A stretch of 64,000 nt of DNA from an uncultured SAR86 cluster bacterium. GTDB taxonomy: Bacteria > Pseudomonadota > Gammaproteobacteria > Magnimaribacterales > TMED112. The stretch is from the NCBI GenBank assembly GCA_902535365.1, contig CACATF010000001.1, forward strand, positions 248,765 through 312,764, read 5' to 3'. Position 1 is the first letter of the stretch, and each line of letters opens with the position of its first letter. Shown here in pieces: positions 31,158 through 41,031 of this stretch. The notes beneath the pieces are model-generated. The model was given only the letters and a program-made list of their open reading frames with translations, did no database searches and was not told the origin of the DNA. The position numbers and the translations under genes were made by a program.

Positions 31158-31934
31158 ATGAAAATTTCAGTAGTTAGTGGCGGTTTTGATCCTATCCATT
31201 CTGGCCACATTAGTTATATTAATGCTGCAAAAAAGTATGGTGAATATTTAATTATTGCTCTTAATAGTGATAAATGGCTTGTAGGAAAAAAAGGCAAAGC
31301 TTTTATGCCATTTGAAGAGCGCAAAGCTATTCTTGAAAATCTAAAGAGTGTAGATGAGGTGATTGATTTTGCTGATGATGGTAAGGGGAGTGCCATGAAT
31401 GCACTTCACAAAGTAAAAGATAAATATCCAGACGCTCAAATTACATTTTGTAATGGGGGCGATCGAGGTAAGGACAACATTCCTGAAATGGAAGTTGAAG
31501 GCATTAATTTTGAGTTTAGTGTTGGTGGTGATGATAAGAAAAACTCAAGCAGTTGGATTCTTAAAGAATGGCAATATGAAAGTGAAGAGAGAATATGGGG
31601 AAAGTTTTATAATCTATTCACTGATAACAAGGTTAAGCTTAAAGAACTGATTATCACTCCCGGCAAAGGCATGAGCTTGCAAAAGCATTTTTATAGAGAT
31701 GAAATATGGTTTATTTCACAAGGGGAATGCGTTGTTAATTTTTCTAAAGAAAGCCCAGAACAAATCAAAGAATTTCATTTGAAGAAACATGATAGTTTTA
31801 GTGTCAAAAAAAATGAATGGCACCAGATTACTAATCCTTTTAATGAAGTATGCAAAATCATTGAAGTTCAGTATGGTGAAAAAACTGACGAGGACGATAT
31901 TGAGAGGCATAGTTATTACAAAAACAATGAGTAA
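31158..31934 (+). CDS. Cytidylyltransferase-like (HxGH) domain fused to a mannose-6-phosphate-isomerase-type cupin
   Basis: [26 protein letters not shown], then R.WG.F, SLQKH..R.E.W, IIEVQYG....EDDIER; ATG 31158 follows TGnTAAAAT. Confidence 0.85.
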   Translation: MKISVVSGGFDPIHSGHISYINAAKKYGEYLIIALNSDKWLVGKKGKAFMPFEERKAILENLKSVDEVIDFADDGKGSAMNALHKVKDKYPDAQITFCNGGDRGKDNIPEMEVEGINFEFSVGGDDKKNSSSWILKEWQYESEERIWGKFYNLFTDNKVKLKELIITPGKGMSLQKHFYRDEIWFISQGECVVNFSKESPEQIKEFHLKKHDSFSVKKNEWHQITNPFNEVCKIIEVQYGEKTDEDDIERHSYYKNNE

Positions 31935-33285
31935 TTTTACAGATTATAAAGTCAAAGATATCTCTCTTGCAGAGTTTGGCAGACAAGAAATCCTGTTAGC
32001 ACAAGATGAGATGCCTGCACTTATGCAGCTTAGAGAAAAGTACCGAGCTGAGCAGCCTCTAAAAGGTGCAAAAATTATGGGGTGTATTCATATGACCATC
32101 CAAACAGCAGTGTTGATTGAAACCTTGATTGATCTTGGTGCTGAAGTAAGGTGGTCATCCTGCAATATCTTTTCAACTCAAGATCATGCTGCTGCAGCTA
32201 TTGCTGCCAAAGGCATTTCTGTTTTTGCCTGGAAAGGCGAAACAGAAGAGGAATATGAGTGGTGTTTAGATCAAACCATCAATAAAGATGGTAAACCTTG
32301 GGATGCCAACATGATTCTTGACGATGGCGGTGATTTAACCATTAAAGTACATAAAGAATACCCAGATATGCTTGAGCATATTCATGGGATTTCTGAAGAA
32401 ACCACAACTGGCGTTAAACGCCTTAAAGAAATGCTTAATAATGGCGAGCTCAAAGTACCAGCTATTAATGTGAATGACTCTATTACTAAATCAAAAAATG
32501 ATAATAAGTACGGATGCCGACACGGACTTGATGATGCAATTAAACGTGGTACAGATATGCTACTTTCAGGCAAGAAAGCTTTAGTAATTGGTTATGGGGA
32601 TGTTGGTAAGGGCTCAGCAGATTCATTAATGCAGCAAAAAATGATTGTGGACGTAACAGAAGTAGATCCAATCTGTGCTATGCAAGCCTGTTTTGATGGA
32701 TATTCAGTCGTTTCAGCTTACAAAGATGGAGATGTGGATGATAAAGGCAACAATATAGACTCAGAACTTCTTAAAAAATACGATCTTGTTGTCACAACTA
32801 CAGGAAATGTAGATGTTTTAGATAAGTTTATGCTTGATGCGCTTCGATCTGGATGTGTAGTCTGTAATATTGGTCACTTTGATAACGAAATTGACATCAA
32901 ATACCTAAGAACCTTTGATTGGTATGAAGTGAAACCTGGTGTTCACAAAGTTATTAAACCAAATGGAGATTATTTAATACTTTTGGGCGAGGGCCGTTTG
33001 GTTAATTTAGCCTTAGCAACAGGCCACCCAAGTAGAGTTATGGATGGTTCTTTCTGTAATCAGGTTTTAGCTCAAATTATGTTATTTAAAGATGGGTTCG
33101 CTAATAAACCAGAAGCTTACAAGAAACTTTATGTAAAAGTCTTGCCAAAAAAATTAGACGAAGAAGTGGCAACTCTAATGGTTAAGGGCTTTGGTGGAAC
33201 GCTAACCAAACTTACAAAACAACAGCAAGACTATATATCTGTTGAAGAAGATGGCCCATTCAAAGGTGATTCTTATAGCTATTAG
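31927..33285 (+). CDS. ahcY: Adenosylhomocysteinase
   Basis: [60 protein letters not shown]; true start ATG 31927. Confidence 0.97.
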   Translation: MSNFTDYKVKDISLAEFGRQEILLAQDEMPALMQLREKYRAEQPLKGAKIMGCIHMTIQTAVLIETLIDLGAEVRWSSCNIFSTQDHAAAAIAAKGISVFAWKGETEEEYEWCLDQTINKDGKPWDANMILDDGGDLTIKVHKEYPDMLEHIHGISEETTTGVKRLKEMLNNGELKVPAINVNDSITKSKNDNKYGCRHGLDDAIKRGTDMLLSGKKALVIGYGDVGKGSADSLMQQKMIVDVTEVDPICAMQACFDGYSVVSAYKDGDVDDKGNNIDSELLKKYDLVVTTTGNVDVLDKFMLDALRSGCVVCNIGHFDNEIDIKYLRTFDWYEVKPGVHKVIKPNGDYLILLGEGRLVNLALATGHPSRVMDGSFCNQVLAQIMLFKDGFANKPEAYKKLYVKVLPKKLDEEVATLMVKGFGGTLTKLTKQQQDYISVEEDGPFKGDSYSY

Positions 33286-33303
33286 TTTAAAATAAAAAAT
33301 TCA

Positions 33304-33377
33304 GGCTGAGTGGCAGAGTGGTTATGCAGCGGACTGCAACTCCGTGTACATCGGTTCGATTCCGTTCTCAGCCTCCA
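33304..33377 (+). tRNA. tRNA-Cys (GCA)
   Basis: GGCTGAG acceptor pairs with CTCAGCC; anticodon arm GCGGA-CTGCAAC-TCCGT; GGTTCGATTCC T-loop; encoded CCA. Confidence 0.96.
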
Positions 33378-33382
33378 TTATT

Positions 33383-34327
33383 ATGAGAATTTTTGTTACA
33401 GGTTCTTCAGGTTTCATTGGTTTTCATTTAGTTAAAAAGTTACTAAATGATGGTCATAGTGTTGTTGGGATAGATGATCACAACGACTATTACAATCCAG
33501 CGTTAAAATTCAAAAGACTTTCTCTTCTAAATTCAAATAACTTTACATTTTATGAAACTGACATAAAAAGCCTCAATATAAAGGAATCTAATTTTGATTT
33601 AGCAATTAATTTAGCCGCCCAAGCCGGGGTTAGAGCACCACAAGAAAAACAACACCTATACAAACATTCAAATATTGATGGTTTTAAATCCTTTTGTAAT
33701 TTTTGCAAAAAAAATAATATAAAAAAGATCTTATATGCATCCAGCAGTTCAGTATATTCAGAGATTAAAGAAGGGAAATTTTGTGAGGCAACAACTCCAC
33801 TCAAACCTAAATCAAAATATGGTGAATCAAAACTTTCAAATGAAATTTATGCCTCTAATTTTATTAAATCATACGATGCATCAATCATAGGTCTAAGGTT
33901 TTTTTCTGTTTATGGGCCATTTGGTAGACCTGACATGGCGTATTATGCTTTTTCCAAAGCAATAAAAGACAAAGAAATAATTAATCTTAATAATAACGGC
34001 AACATGTACAGAGATATGACTTTCATAGATGATATTATTGACGGAATATTTGGAGCAATTGATTACGTTTATAGTGTTCAAAATAAAAATGAAATCTTTA
34101 ATTTAGGCAATGACAAACCAATTAAGACAAGTGACTTATTGAATAGAATTGAACAAATAATTGGCAAAAAAGCTTTAATTAAGCCTAATAAGACAGAAAA
34201 CGAAGCATTTAAAACGCACGCTGATATTACTAAAGCAAAAAATTTATTAGGATATGACCCTAAAGTTTGTTTTGATGTAGGTATTGAAAGGTTTCTAGAT
34301 TGGCATAGGCATTATGAGAATATATAA
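33383..34327 (+). CDS. NAD-dependent epimerase (UDP-glucuronate 4-epimerase-like)
   Basis: VTGSSGFIGFH, NLAAQAGVR, YASSSSVY, YGESK, RFFSVYGPFGRPDMAY; start corrected to ATG 33383 after the tRNA. Confidence 0.9.
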   Translation: MRIFVTGSSGFIGFHLVKKLLNDGHSVVGIDDHNDYYNPALKFKRLSLLNSNNFTFYETDIKSLNIKESNFDLAINLAAQAGVRAPQEKQHLYKHSNIDGFKSFCNFCKKNNIKKILYASSSSVYSEIKEGKFCEATTPLKPKSKYGESKLSNEIYASNFIKSYDASIIGLRFFSVYGPFGRPDMAYYAFSKAIKDKEIINLNNNGNMYRDMTFIDDIIDGIFGAIDYVYSVQNKNEIFNLGNDKPIKTSDLLNRIEQIIGKKALIKPNKTENEAFKTHADITKAKNLLGYDPKVCFDVGIERFLDWHRHYENI

Positions 34328-35177
34328 AAAATTAAAATTAGGAATAGTTGGCCATGGTTTTGTAGGGAAGGCTACAGATTGGGGATTTAATAAACGAATA
34401 AGTAAATTTATTGTGGATCCTTTGCTAGATACTAGTGTTAGTGATTTAAAAGATTTTGAACCAGAAATAGTATTTATATGTGTGCCAACACCCATGGGCG
34501 CTGATGGCAGTCAAGATTCATCAATTATTGAAAAGGTAATTAGAGAACTGATCCTGTATTGTCCAAATGCTATCAAGGTTGTAAAAAGCACAGTTTTGCC
34601 GTCTCTTCTAGGTAAGTTGCATAAATTAGATTCAAAACTAATTTATAACCCAGAATTTTTAAGAGAAAAACATGCGAACATCGATTTTATAAACTCTGAT
34701 ATGATTATTTTTGGTGGTGACAGAAATATTTCATCGCAAGTTTCAAATGCATACTTAAGACACTCAAGATGTAAAACAAAAGAGCATATTTTTACTGATC
34801 TTAAGACAGCATCTCTGATTAAGTATTCCATCAATACTTTCTTAGCTTCAAAGGTGATATTTTTTAATGAGCTACATTCAATTTATGAAAAACTTGATGT
34901 AAAAGATAGTTGGGAATCAGTTGTTAATATAATTTCTCGTGATAATAGAGTAGGTGATAGTCATATGGATGTCCCTGGTCATGATGGTAGGAAAGGTTTT
35001 GGTGGTGCATGTTTCCCAAAAGATAGCTTAGCTTTAATTAAATTTGCTGAAAGCATGAATGTTGATTTAAATTCATTAATAGCGACTGTAAAGATAAATA
35101 ATAAAATTAGATCAGAATATGAGGAATTAGATTCAAGAGAATCAGAGCAAAATGTATCATTCGATGATAAAATTTGA
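34314..35177 (+). CDS. UDP-glucose/GDP-mannose dehydrogenase family protein (short, no C-terminal domain)
   Basis: GIVGHGFVG, CVPTP, KSTVLP, NPEFLRE, GFGGACFPKD; 287 aa. Confidence 0.88.
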   Translation: MRIYKKLKLGIVGHGFVGKATDWGFNKRISKFIVDPLLDTSVSDLKDFEPEIVFICVPTPMGADGSQDSSIIEKVIRELILYCPNAIKVVKSTVLPSLLGKLHKLDSKLIYNPEFLREKHANIDFINSDMIIFGGDRNISSQVSNAYLRHSRCKTKEHIFTDLKTASLIKYSINTFLASKVIFFNELHSIYEKLDVKDSWESVVNIISRDNRVGDSHMDVPGHDGRKGFGGACFPKDSLALIKFAESMNVDLNSLIATVKINNKIRSEYEELDSRESEQNVSFDDKI

Positions 35178-35184
35178 CGCTATT

Positions 35185-35271
35185 GCCCAGGTGGTGAAAT
35201 TGGTAGACACAAGGGACTTAAAATCCCTCGAAGGAAACTTCGTGCCGGTTCAAGTCCGGCCCTGGGCACCA
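35185..35271 (+). tRNA. tRNA-Leu (TAA)
   Basis: GCCCAGG/CCTGGGC acceptor stem, AGGGA-CTTAAAA-TCCCT anticodon arm, long variable arm, GGTTCAAGTCC, CCA end. Confidence 0.96.
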
Positions 35272-35275
35272 TGAT

Positions 35276-35752
35276 ATGAGAAAACAGCAAAATTTAGTTA
35301 AATTACAAAGAATAGCTCATATGTTTTATAAAATTAGATATTTGCGCTTCATTGCAAGATTAATCGAAATTTTTATAAGGATAATTTTTTCAGCAAGAAT
35401 ACCTGCAAAAATTGATTTGCCGAAAACAACCTTTTTTGCCCATAGTGCTCTAGGTGTAGTTATTAATGATAATTGTGAAATAAGAGATAATGTTTATATT
35501 GGAACTCATGTTGTAATTGGAGGTAACTCAAAAAGCATTGATGTTCCAATAATCAAGAGCAACTCAATAATTCATACTGGCTCAAATATCCTTGGACCTA
35601 TAACTATTGGTGAGGGTTCGGTAATTGCTCCAAATTCAGTAGTTACTAATAATGTTGCGGCCAGTTGTCTAATGGCTGGTTCCCCAGCAATTATAAAAAA
35701 AGAAAACATTAAATATGAGGACTACAGCCCATTTAGACAAATTGAGATTTAA
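35276..35752 (+). CDS. Serine-acetyltransferase-like hexapeptide-repeat (LbH) acetyltransferase
   Basis: HSALGVVI, P.I.....I..GS.ILGPITIG.GS.IA.NSVV..NV......AGSPA. Confidence 0.85.
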   Translation: MRKQQNLVKLQRIAHMFYKIRYLRFIARLIEIFIRIIFSARIPAKIDLPKTTFFAHSALGVVINDNCEIRDNVYIGTHVVIGGNSKSIDVPIIKSNSIIHTGSNILGPITIGEGSVIAPNSVVTNNVAASCLMAGSPAIIKKENIKYEDYSPFRQIEI

Positions 35753-35758
35753 ATTTGT

Positions 35759-36952
35759 ATGAATGTTAGTTTCAAGTTAAAGTGCTTCATAATCAAAATC
35801 CTTAGTAATTCAGAAAGCATTGAGGATATAAGTTCATTCTCCAAACAAGAAATTAAAGACTTAATTAAAATCATTGTATTCAACAGGCTGGAAAGCTATT
35901 TTTATAATTATCTGAGTATTACTGAGGCTTGTAAAAATTCAATCTTAATAAAAAAAGAAATAAAAAAACCCCTTTTCAAAAGAAATATATGTACATTTAA
36001 AACCCTTGGTGCATCTATAGGTATTTATAAACAGCTTAATAATGAAGGTATCAATTTTAGAATATTGAAGGGAGCATATTTGATAAATAAATTTAATTTA
36101 AAGCACAGGCAAATTAGAGATTTAGATATCTTGGTTGATCCTTCAGATTTAGAGCAAACAATTTCTTGTGCAAAAAAAGCTGGGTATTATTTTTATGAAA
36201 AACAATCAAAGGATGAATACCTTGATTTAGACCATAGGTATGCTTTACCTATGATGATTGATAAAGAAAACAACATTTTGGAAATTCACCATAGAATTAC
36301 AGATCCTAAGATATTTCAAAAATGCAGCATTTCTGAACTAATTATGAAGGATCGAGAATGCCTTAGATTTAAAGATTATGAAATTCAGCATTCATCAATA
36401 GAGGCAAATTTTTGTCATATTCTATACCATGGCATCGGTAAGCAATTTATGGATTGCGGACCACAGTTTATAAATGATTTGATTCTACTATCTGGAGGCA
36501 TCAATGATGGCGGTAAAAAACTTCAAAAGTTCATTCATCATGCAAAATTAGAAAAAGAGTTTTCATTGTTTGGTGCAATCTTGCAAAGATTTTCTGGATT
36601 AAAAATGGATTTGTATATGTCTCAATCAAATGTGCCAAAGCAAATCCTTGATGATGCCGCAAGTTTACTTATTTATAACGACTATAATCATAAAATGCTT
36701 GACTTATTTTTAAATAGATCAAACAAAGGCATCATTTTTCAAACTGCTCAAAAAATTTTCTCCAAATCATCAACCCAATCTCGTTATATGGTTAAATTAG
36801 ATAAAAGAAATTATTTTAGCTTTACAATCAAAAGGGTATTAGAACAAATAAAACACTATTCAATACCTTTTTTAAGATTATTTATGATGAATTTAACAAC
36901 CAACAAAATAAAAAAATATTCTCTAATTAAACATTTTTTAAATAATGATTGA
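35759..36952 (+). CDS. Nucleotidyltransferase family protein (NTP_transf_5 type, lasso-cluster associated)
   Basis: ILKGAYL...R.IRDLDILV...LEIH pattern of the uncharacterised nucleotidyltransferase family. Confidence 0.8.
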   Translation: MNVSFKLKCFIIKILSNSESIEDISSFSKQEIKDLIKIIVFNRLESYFYNYLSITEACKNSILIKKEIKKPLFKRNICTFKTLGASIGIYKQLNNEGINFRILKGAYLINKFNLKHRQIRDLDILVDPSDLEQTISCAKKAGYYFYEKQSKDEYLDLDHRYALPMMIDKENNILEIHHRITDPKIFQKCSISELIMKDRECLRFKDYEIQHSSIEANFCHILYHGIGKQFMDCGPQFINDLILLSGGINDGGKKLQKFIHHAKLEKEFSLFGAILQRFSGLKMDLYMSQSNVPKQILDDAASLLIYNDYNHKMLDLFLNRSNKGIIFQTAQKIFSKSSTQSRYMVKLDKRNYFSFTIKRVLEQIKHYSIPFLRLFMMNLTTNKIKKYSLIKHFLNND

Positions 36953-37595
36953 ACTAGTTAATGTAAAAAAAAGTTTTGTAGATTTTAAGCTAAAAAATAT
37001 TCTCATTGCACCAAAACAAAGAACCATACTTTCAAATATCAGTATAAAAATTGAAAACAATAAAGCTTATATTTTGCAAGGTAAAAATGGATCTGGCAAA
37101 ACCACTCTTCTCAAATTAATAGCTGGTTTATTAAAGCCTGATGATGGAACTATTGAAACAGATAAAGATTATATATCTTCATATGTTTCTACTTCTGAAC
37201 GTAGTTTTTTTTGGAGATTAACAGTTCTTGAAAACTTAATTTTTTTTAACAACCTAAATAAAAATGAAAACGTACAAAAAGAAATTATTTATGAACATTT
37301 AAACAAATATGGGTTGTCAAAATATTCAAATATTGAATTTATGAAATTGTCATCTGGCCAAAAAAGAAAAGTTTCAATCATAAGAGCATTGCTAAAAGAT
37401 CCAGATTTATATTTATTTGATGAAGTCTCAAATTCGCTCGATAAAGAATCAAAAGAAGACCTTATGCAATTTGTTAATGAAGCTTTAATTATTAATCAAA
37501 AGAAAACAATAATTTGGGCCACACACGACTCCCAAGAAGAAAAAATAATTAATGGTGAAATTATCAAAATAAAGAAGGGATTTATACAACAATGA
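36945..37595 (+). CDS. ABC transporter ATP-binding protein
   Basis: Walker A GKNGSGKTT, signature LSSGQKRK, Walker B LYLFDE, ERSFFWRLTV.ENL.FF. Confidence 0.93.
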   Translation: MIELVNVKKSFVDFKLKNILIAPKQRTILSNISIKIENNKAYILQGKNGSGKTTLLKLIAGLLKPDDGTIETDKDYISSYVSTSERSFFWRLTVLENLIFFNNLNKNENVQKEIIYEHLNKYGLSKYSNIEFMKLSSGQKRKVSIIRALLKDPDLYLFDEVSNSLDKESKEDLMQFVNEALIINQKKTIIWATHDSQEEKIINGEIIKIKKGFIQQ

Positions 37596-38428
37596 AGCTA
37601 GATATTAAAAGAGAGACAAATGAGTTATTTGCATTTCTTAAAAAAGACATGCTTATTTCAATAAGTTATAAAGCAAATATATTAAATTTTATTATATTTA
37701 GTATTTTTATAATAAGTTTTATTTCTTTTTTTTCATCGGGTATTGAAACCTTGATTCCTTTTGAAACTTCAAACCAAAAAATAAGTATTTTTGGTTTCTT
37801 CTTAAGTGGAGCAATTATAGTTGAAACCTCACTCAGGTTAGTGAGCAGCATGACAGCTACAGTCCGTTTTTATCAAATGAGTGGAATAGTGGAAGAAATA
37901 TTTTCTGAGAAAGATAGAAATGTGAGAAGAATCATTTATTCATCAACTTATAGTTCTTTGATAGCTCTCTCAAGAGTTATTTTTTATCTTTTGCTTGCAA
38001 TTTTTATTGAAAAAGAGCTTTTTTCAAGTTTGGATCTTTACTCTTTATTAGCTAGCTGCTTATTTATAGTTGTTACATATTTTGGGCTAACTGGTATAGG
38101 CCTTATTGCTTGTAGTTATACAATATTATTCAAGCAAGGTAATTTAGTAATAACTATGTTCTTGATCGTCTCATTATTCTTTTCAAATAGTTTTTTTCTT
38201 GTTGATCAACTCCCGCCACAAATACAATTTGTTAGATACTTAAGCCCAATTTCATACCTACTTGATTATTTTAGAGATATAGATAAATTTGTTAGTATTC
38301 CGGCTAATTTCAATGAAATATTTTTTCAAATCTTATTCATGAATATGATTTATTTTATTTTTGGAGTTATTAGTGTTAAAAAGGCAATTAATATTGCAAA
38401 AGTAAGAGGCAACTTAATTTTTTATTAA
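37592..38428 (+). CDS. ABC-2 type exporter permease
   Basis: About six TM segments, LP...Q....LSPISY..D..R C-terminal ABC-2 pattern; overlaps the ATPase gene. Confidence 0.8.
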   Translation: MKLDIKRETNELFAFLKKDMLISISYKANILNFIIFSIFIISFISFFSSGIETLIPFETSNQKISIFGFFLSGAIIVETSLRLVSSMTATVRFYQMSGIVEEIFSEKDRNVRRIIYSSTYSSLIALSRVIFYLLLAIFIEKELFSSLDLYSLLASCLFIVVTYFGLTGIGLIACSYTILFKQGNLVITMFLIVSLFFSNSFFLVDQLPPQIQFVRYLSPISYLLDYFRDIDKFVSIPANFNEIFFQILFMNMIYFIFGVISVKKAINIAKVRGNLIFY

Positions 38429-38434
38429 TACATT

Positions 38435-38695
38435 ATGAAATATAAAATATCTCCACAAATATTAATGACCAGTATGGATGGTGAGTCTATTATTTTAAAT
38501 CGAGATACTGGGCAATATATAGCGCTAAATATTACAGCATCAACAATTTTTGAATGTATAAATGATGGCGTATCTGAGACCGCGTTATTAGAAAAATTAA
38601 AAAAAATATTTAAAGTTTCTAATAGCGATATCGAACAAGATACAAAAAACTTCCTAAAAGAATGTATCGAAAAAAAGATAGTATTTGTTGAATGA
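38435..38695 (+). CDS. PqqD-family RiPP recognition element (lasso B1)
   Basis: 86 aa: DGESIILN..TGQY.ALN.TA..IFE......L...L...F.V.......D...FL; adjacent to B2 and C genes. Confidence 0.9.
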   Translation: MKYKISPQILMTSMDGESIILNRDTGQYIALNITASTIFECINDGVSETALLEKLKKIFKVSNSDIEQDTKNFLKECIEKKIVFVE

Positions 38696-39069
38696 ATGTA
38701 TTTTTAATTAAAATACAAATTTTTTTATATATTATTCTTACATCAATTTTTTTACGCATTCTCAGTTACCAACAATTAAATAAATTTATCAAAGGAAGTC
38801 CTTTTTTTATGAGTAGATCCAACCTATGTCAAAATGAATACTCAAAAATAGTTGAAAGACTTTCAAAAAAAATTAATGTAAACAAATGCTTTGTTAAGAG
38901 CATTGTTCTTTTTAAAGCACTAAAAAAAAATGGTTTTTGTCCACGTCTTATTGTTGGTGGCAGGTTTGTTGATTCAATTTACCATTCGCACTCATGGGTT
39001 GAACTGAAAGAGCAAAACTTGATATATCAAAACAAAGATGATTTTAAAGAAGTAATCAGATATACATGA
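38692..39069 (+). CDS. Lasso peptide leader peptidase B2 (transglutaminase-like)
   Basis: KCFVKSIVL (catalytic Cys), L.VG and HSHSWVE (HAWVE-type His motif); 125 aa. Confidence 0.9.
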   Translation: MNVFLIKIQIFLYIILTSIFLRILSYQQLNKFIKGSPFFMSRSNLCQNEYSKIVERLSKKINVNKCFVKSIVLFKALKKNGFCPRLIVGGRFVDSIYHSHSWVELKEQNLIYQNKDDFKEVIRYT

Positions 39070-40988
39070 ACACCTTTTTCTTACATAGATCAAAAAATAG
39101 CCATCCGAATAAAGAAAGTTTTGATATTGAGCAGAAAAAAATCTTTGCTTATAGGGAGTATGATGAATTCTTCTCGTTTACACACAAAAAAACTTATGCA
39201 TCATCATTTAAAAATTTAACAAAGAATAATGACAAAAAAAGATCAATTAATCAGATCTATAAGAGTGAAAATCTCATAGTTTTTTGCGATGCAGTTATAG
39301 AAAATTTAGATTTTATACTTGAACTTTTAAAGATTGATAAGTTGCTATCAAATGAAGAAATCTTTTTTTTGTTGTATAAAAAATATGACCAAGATTTTAT
39401 AAAATATATTAAGGGTTCGTTTAATTTTCTAATAGCTGATCTCAAAAAAGATGAATATATTTTTGGGTCTGACAGGTTTTGCACTAAACCATTATTTTTC
39501 TCAGTTCAAAATAATAATTTTTTTATTTCAACAGAAATTAAATCTTTCAAAAACCTAAGTATTTTTAATAAGTCACTTAATTATAAGACACTCTACAACC
39601 AGCTAGTGGTATCATTTCAAAAGCCAGGGGAAACCTATTTCAAAGATATTTCTAAAGTTGAAAAAGCAACAGTATATGTATATAAAGATGGATTATTAAA
39701 TTCAAAAAAATACTACAAGCTTTCCTCCTTGGGAAAAACACAATTACCCTACAAGCAAACAATTGATAAAACTAGGGAATTATTTTTAAAAAGTGTCAAA
39801 GCAAATTGTTACAGCAATACAAATGTAATTTCATCTATCACTAGTGGTGGCCTAGACTCATCGTCAATTACTGCTGCGTTATCTTATATTGACAGCAAAG
39901 AAATTAATTCTTATTCGGTAAACTTCTCAGGCATTAGTAAGGAGGACTTTTTAAAAAGTGATGAAAGAAAATACATAAATGAAATAGCAAAATTTAAAAA
40001 TGTATATCATGAATTTTGTATTGCACATGAGGATGGTCCTTTTAGCTTTCAAGAGAGATTTGATCATGATCTTGACCAGCCACTTTTAAACGGCAATTAT
40101 TTTTTTACAGATTATATTTACCCTAAGGTCCGCCAAAATGGTGGAAGAATATTACTTGAAGGAATAGATGGAGACACTGTCCTCTCATATGGATTTGGTC
40201 ATTTGATCGAATTGGGTAGAAGATTAGAATTTTTTTCGGCATTCAAAAATTATCAAAAACTTTGCAAAGGAAGAAAAAGAAAGCCTACTGTATATGACTT
40301 TTTAAAAAGCATAATTATAAAGCCAAATTTGCCTAGAAATGTAAATCAATTTCTAAGAAAAATTTTTGGGAAAGATACTTGGGAAGAAAGAAACCTTAAA
40401 AGGCTAAAAAAATCATATCATCCAAAAAATTTACAATCATTAATTGACCATACATATGGTTATAAAAGAGGAATATTTATAAATTCTCAACAAAATCATT
40501 TAAACGAGATTAATTCAAATATATGGGAATATATATTTTCATTCTCGTATGAAATTGCATGCTCATATGGTATTGAAGTAAGATTACCTTATTTCAATCA
40601 AGATTTAATTGAGCTTTCATTATCCCTTCCTTCAAATCTAAAATTTTCAGATGGTGTTGATAGGTATATTTTTAGAGAAGCGATGAAAGGTATTGTGCCT
40701 TTAAGTATTTTGAAAAAAACATCGAAGGCAGATTTAAGCTCATTAGGCAGAAATGATTTAAGAAAACATTCTAAAACCCTAATGAATTATTTTTCGAGCA
40801 ACTCTTATAAATTATATGGTGTAGTAGATAAAATATATATTGATAAATGCCTAAAATTTTTAACAAATGACAAGAATGGACATTTATATACATCTGTTTT
40901 GGCAGATCTTTATGCAATTGAAAAGTGGCTTTCCAAAGAGGGTTTTGATATTGATATAGAAGAATTTTCAAAGTGCTCAAAAATATGA
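39066..40988 (+). CDS. Lasso peptide cyclase C (asparagine synthetase-like)
   Basis: DRF..KPLF, SGGLDSS, G.DGD, EVRLPYF..DLIE, RYIFREAMKGIVP; no N-terminal Cys of a glutaminase-active AsnB; flanked by B1, B2 and precursor. Confidence 0.9.
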   Translation: MNTFFLHRSKNSHPNKESFDIEQKKIFAYREYDEFFSFTHKKTYASSFKNLTKNNDKKRSINQIYKSENLIVFCDAVIENLDFILELLKIDKLLSNEEIFFLLYKKYDQDFIKYIKGSFNFLIADLKKDEYIFGSDRFCTKPLFFSVQNNNFFISTEIKSFKNLSIFNKSLNYKTLYNQLVVSFQKPGETYFKDISKVEKATVYVYKDGLLNSKKYYKLSSLGKTQLPYKQTIDKTRELFLKSVKANCYSNTNVISSITSGGLDSSSITAALSYIDSKEINSYSVNFSGISKEDFLKSDERKYINEIAKFKNVYHEFCIAHEDGPFSFQERFDHDLDQPLLNGNYFFTDYIYPKVRQNGGRILLEGIDGDTVLSYGFGHLIELGRRLEFFSAFKNYQKLCKGRKRKPTVYDFLKSIIIKPNLPRNVNQFLRKIFGKDTWEERNLKRLKKSYHPKNLQSLIDHTYGYKRGIFINSQQNHLNEINSNIWEYIFSFSYEIACSYGIEVRLPYFNQDLIELSLSLPSNLKFSDGVDRYIFREAMKGIVPLSILKKTSKADLSSLGRNDLRKHSKTLMNYFSSNSYKLYGVVDKIYIDKCLKFLTNDKNGHLYTSVLADLYAIEKWLSKEGFDIDIEEFSKCSKI

Positions 40989-40995
40989 GTTTTTC

Positions 40996-41031
40996 TTGCA
41001 CTTTTCTTAAATTGCTGTAACATTTGACAAT
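40996..41031 (+). promoter_or_regulatory. Putative sigma70 promoter for the precursor gene
   Basis: TTGCAC (40996-41001), 16 nt spacer, TAACAT (41018-41023), 8 nt before ATG 41032. Confidence 0.4.

Noticed and set aside
31134-31927. SAH/SAM riboswitch upstream of ahcY or metK
   Set aside because: Both genes overlap upstream CDSs, leaving no untranslated leader, and no consensus was recognised.
33344-33382. N-terminal extension of the epimerase ORF in the track
   Set aside because: Lies inside tRNA-Cys; the Rossmann motif begins at ATG 33383.
38435-38695. PQQ biosynthesis gene pqqD
   Set aside because: No pqqA/B/C/E or radical SAM gene nearby; context identifies it as the lasso RRE.
39066-40988. 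Ordinary asparagine synthetase / capsule amidotransferase (AsnB, WbpS-like)
   Set aside because: Lacks the N-terminal catalytic Cys of glutamine amidotransferases and is flanked by RRE, B2 peptidase and a precursor with a lasso leader.
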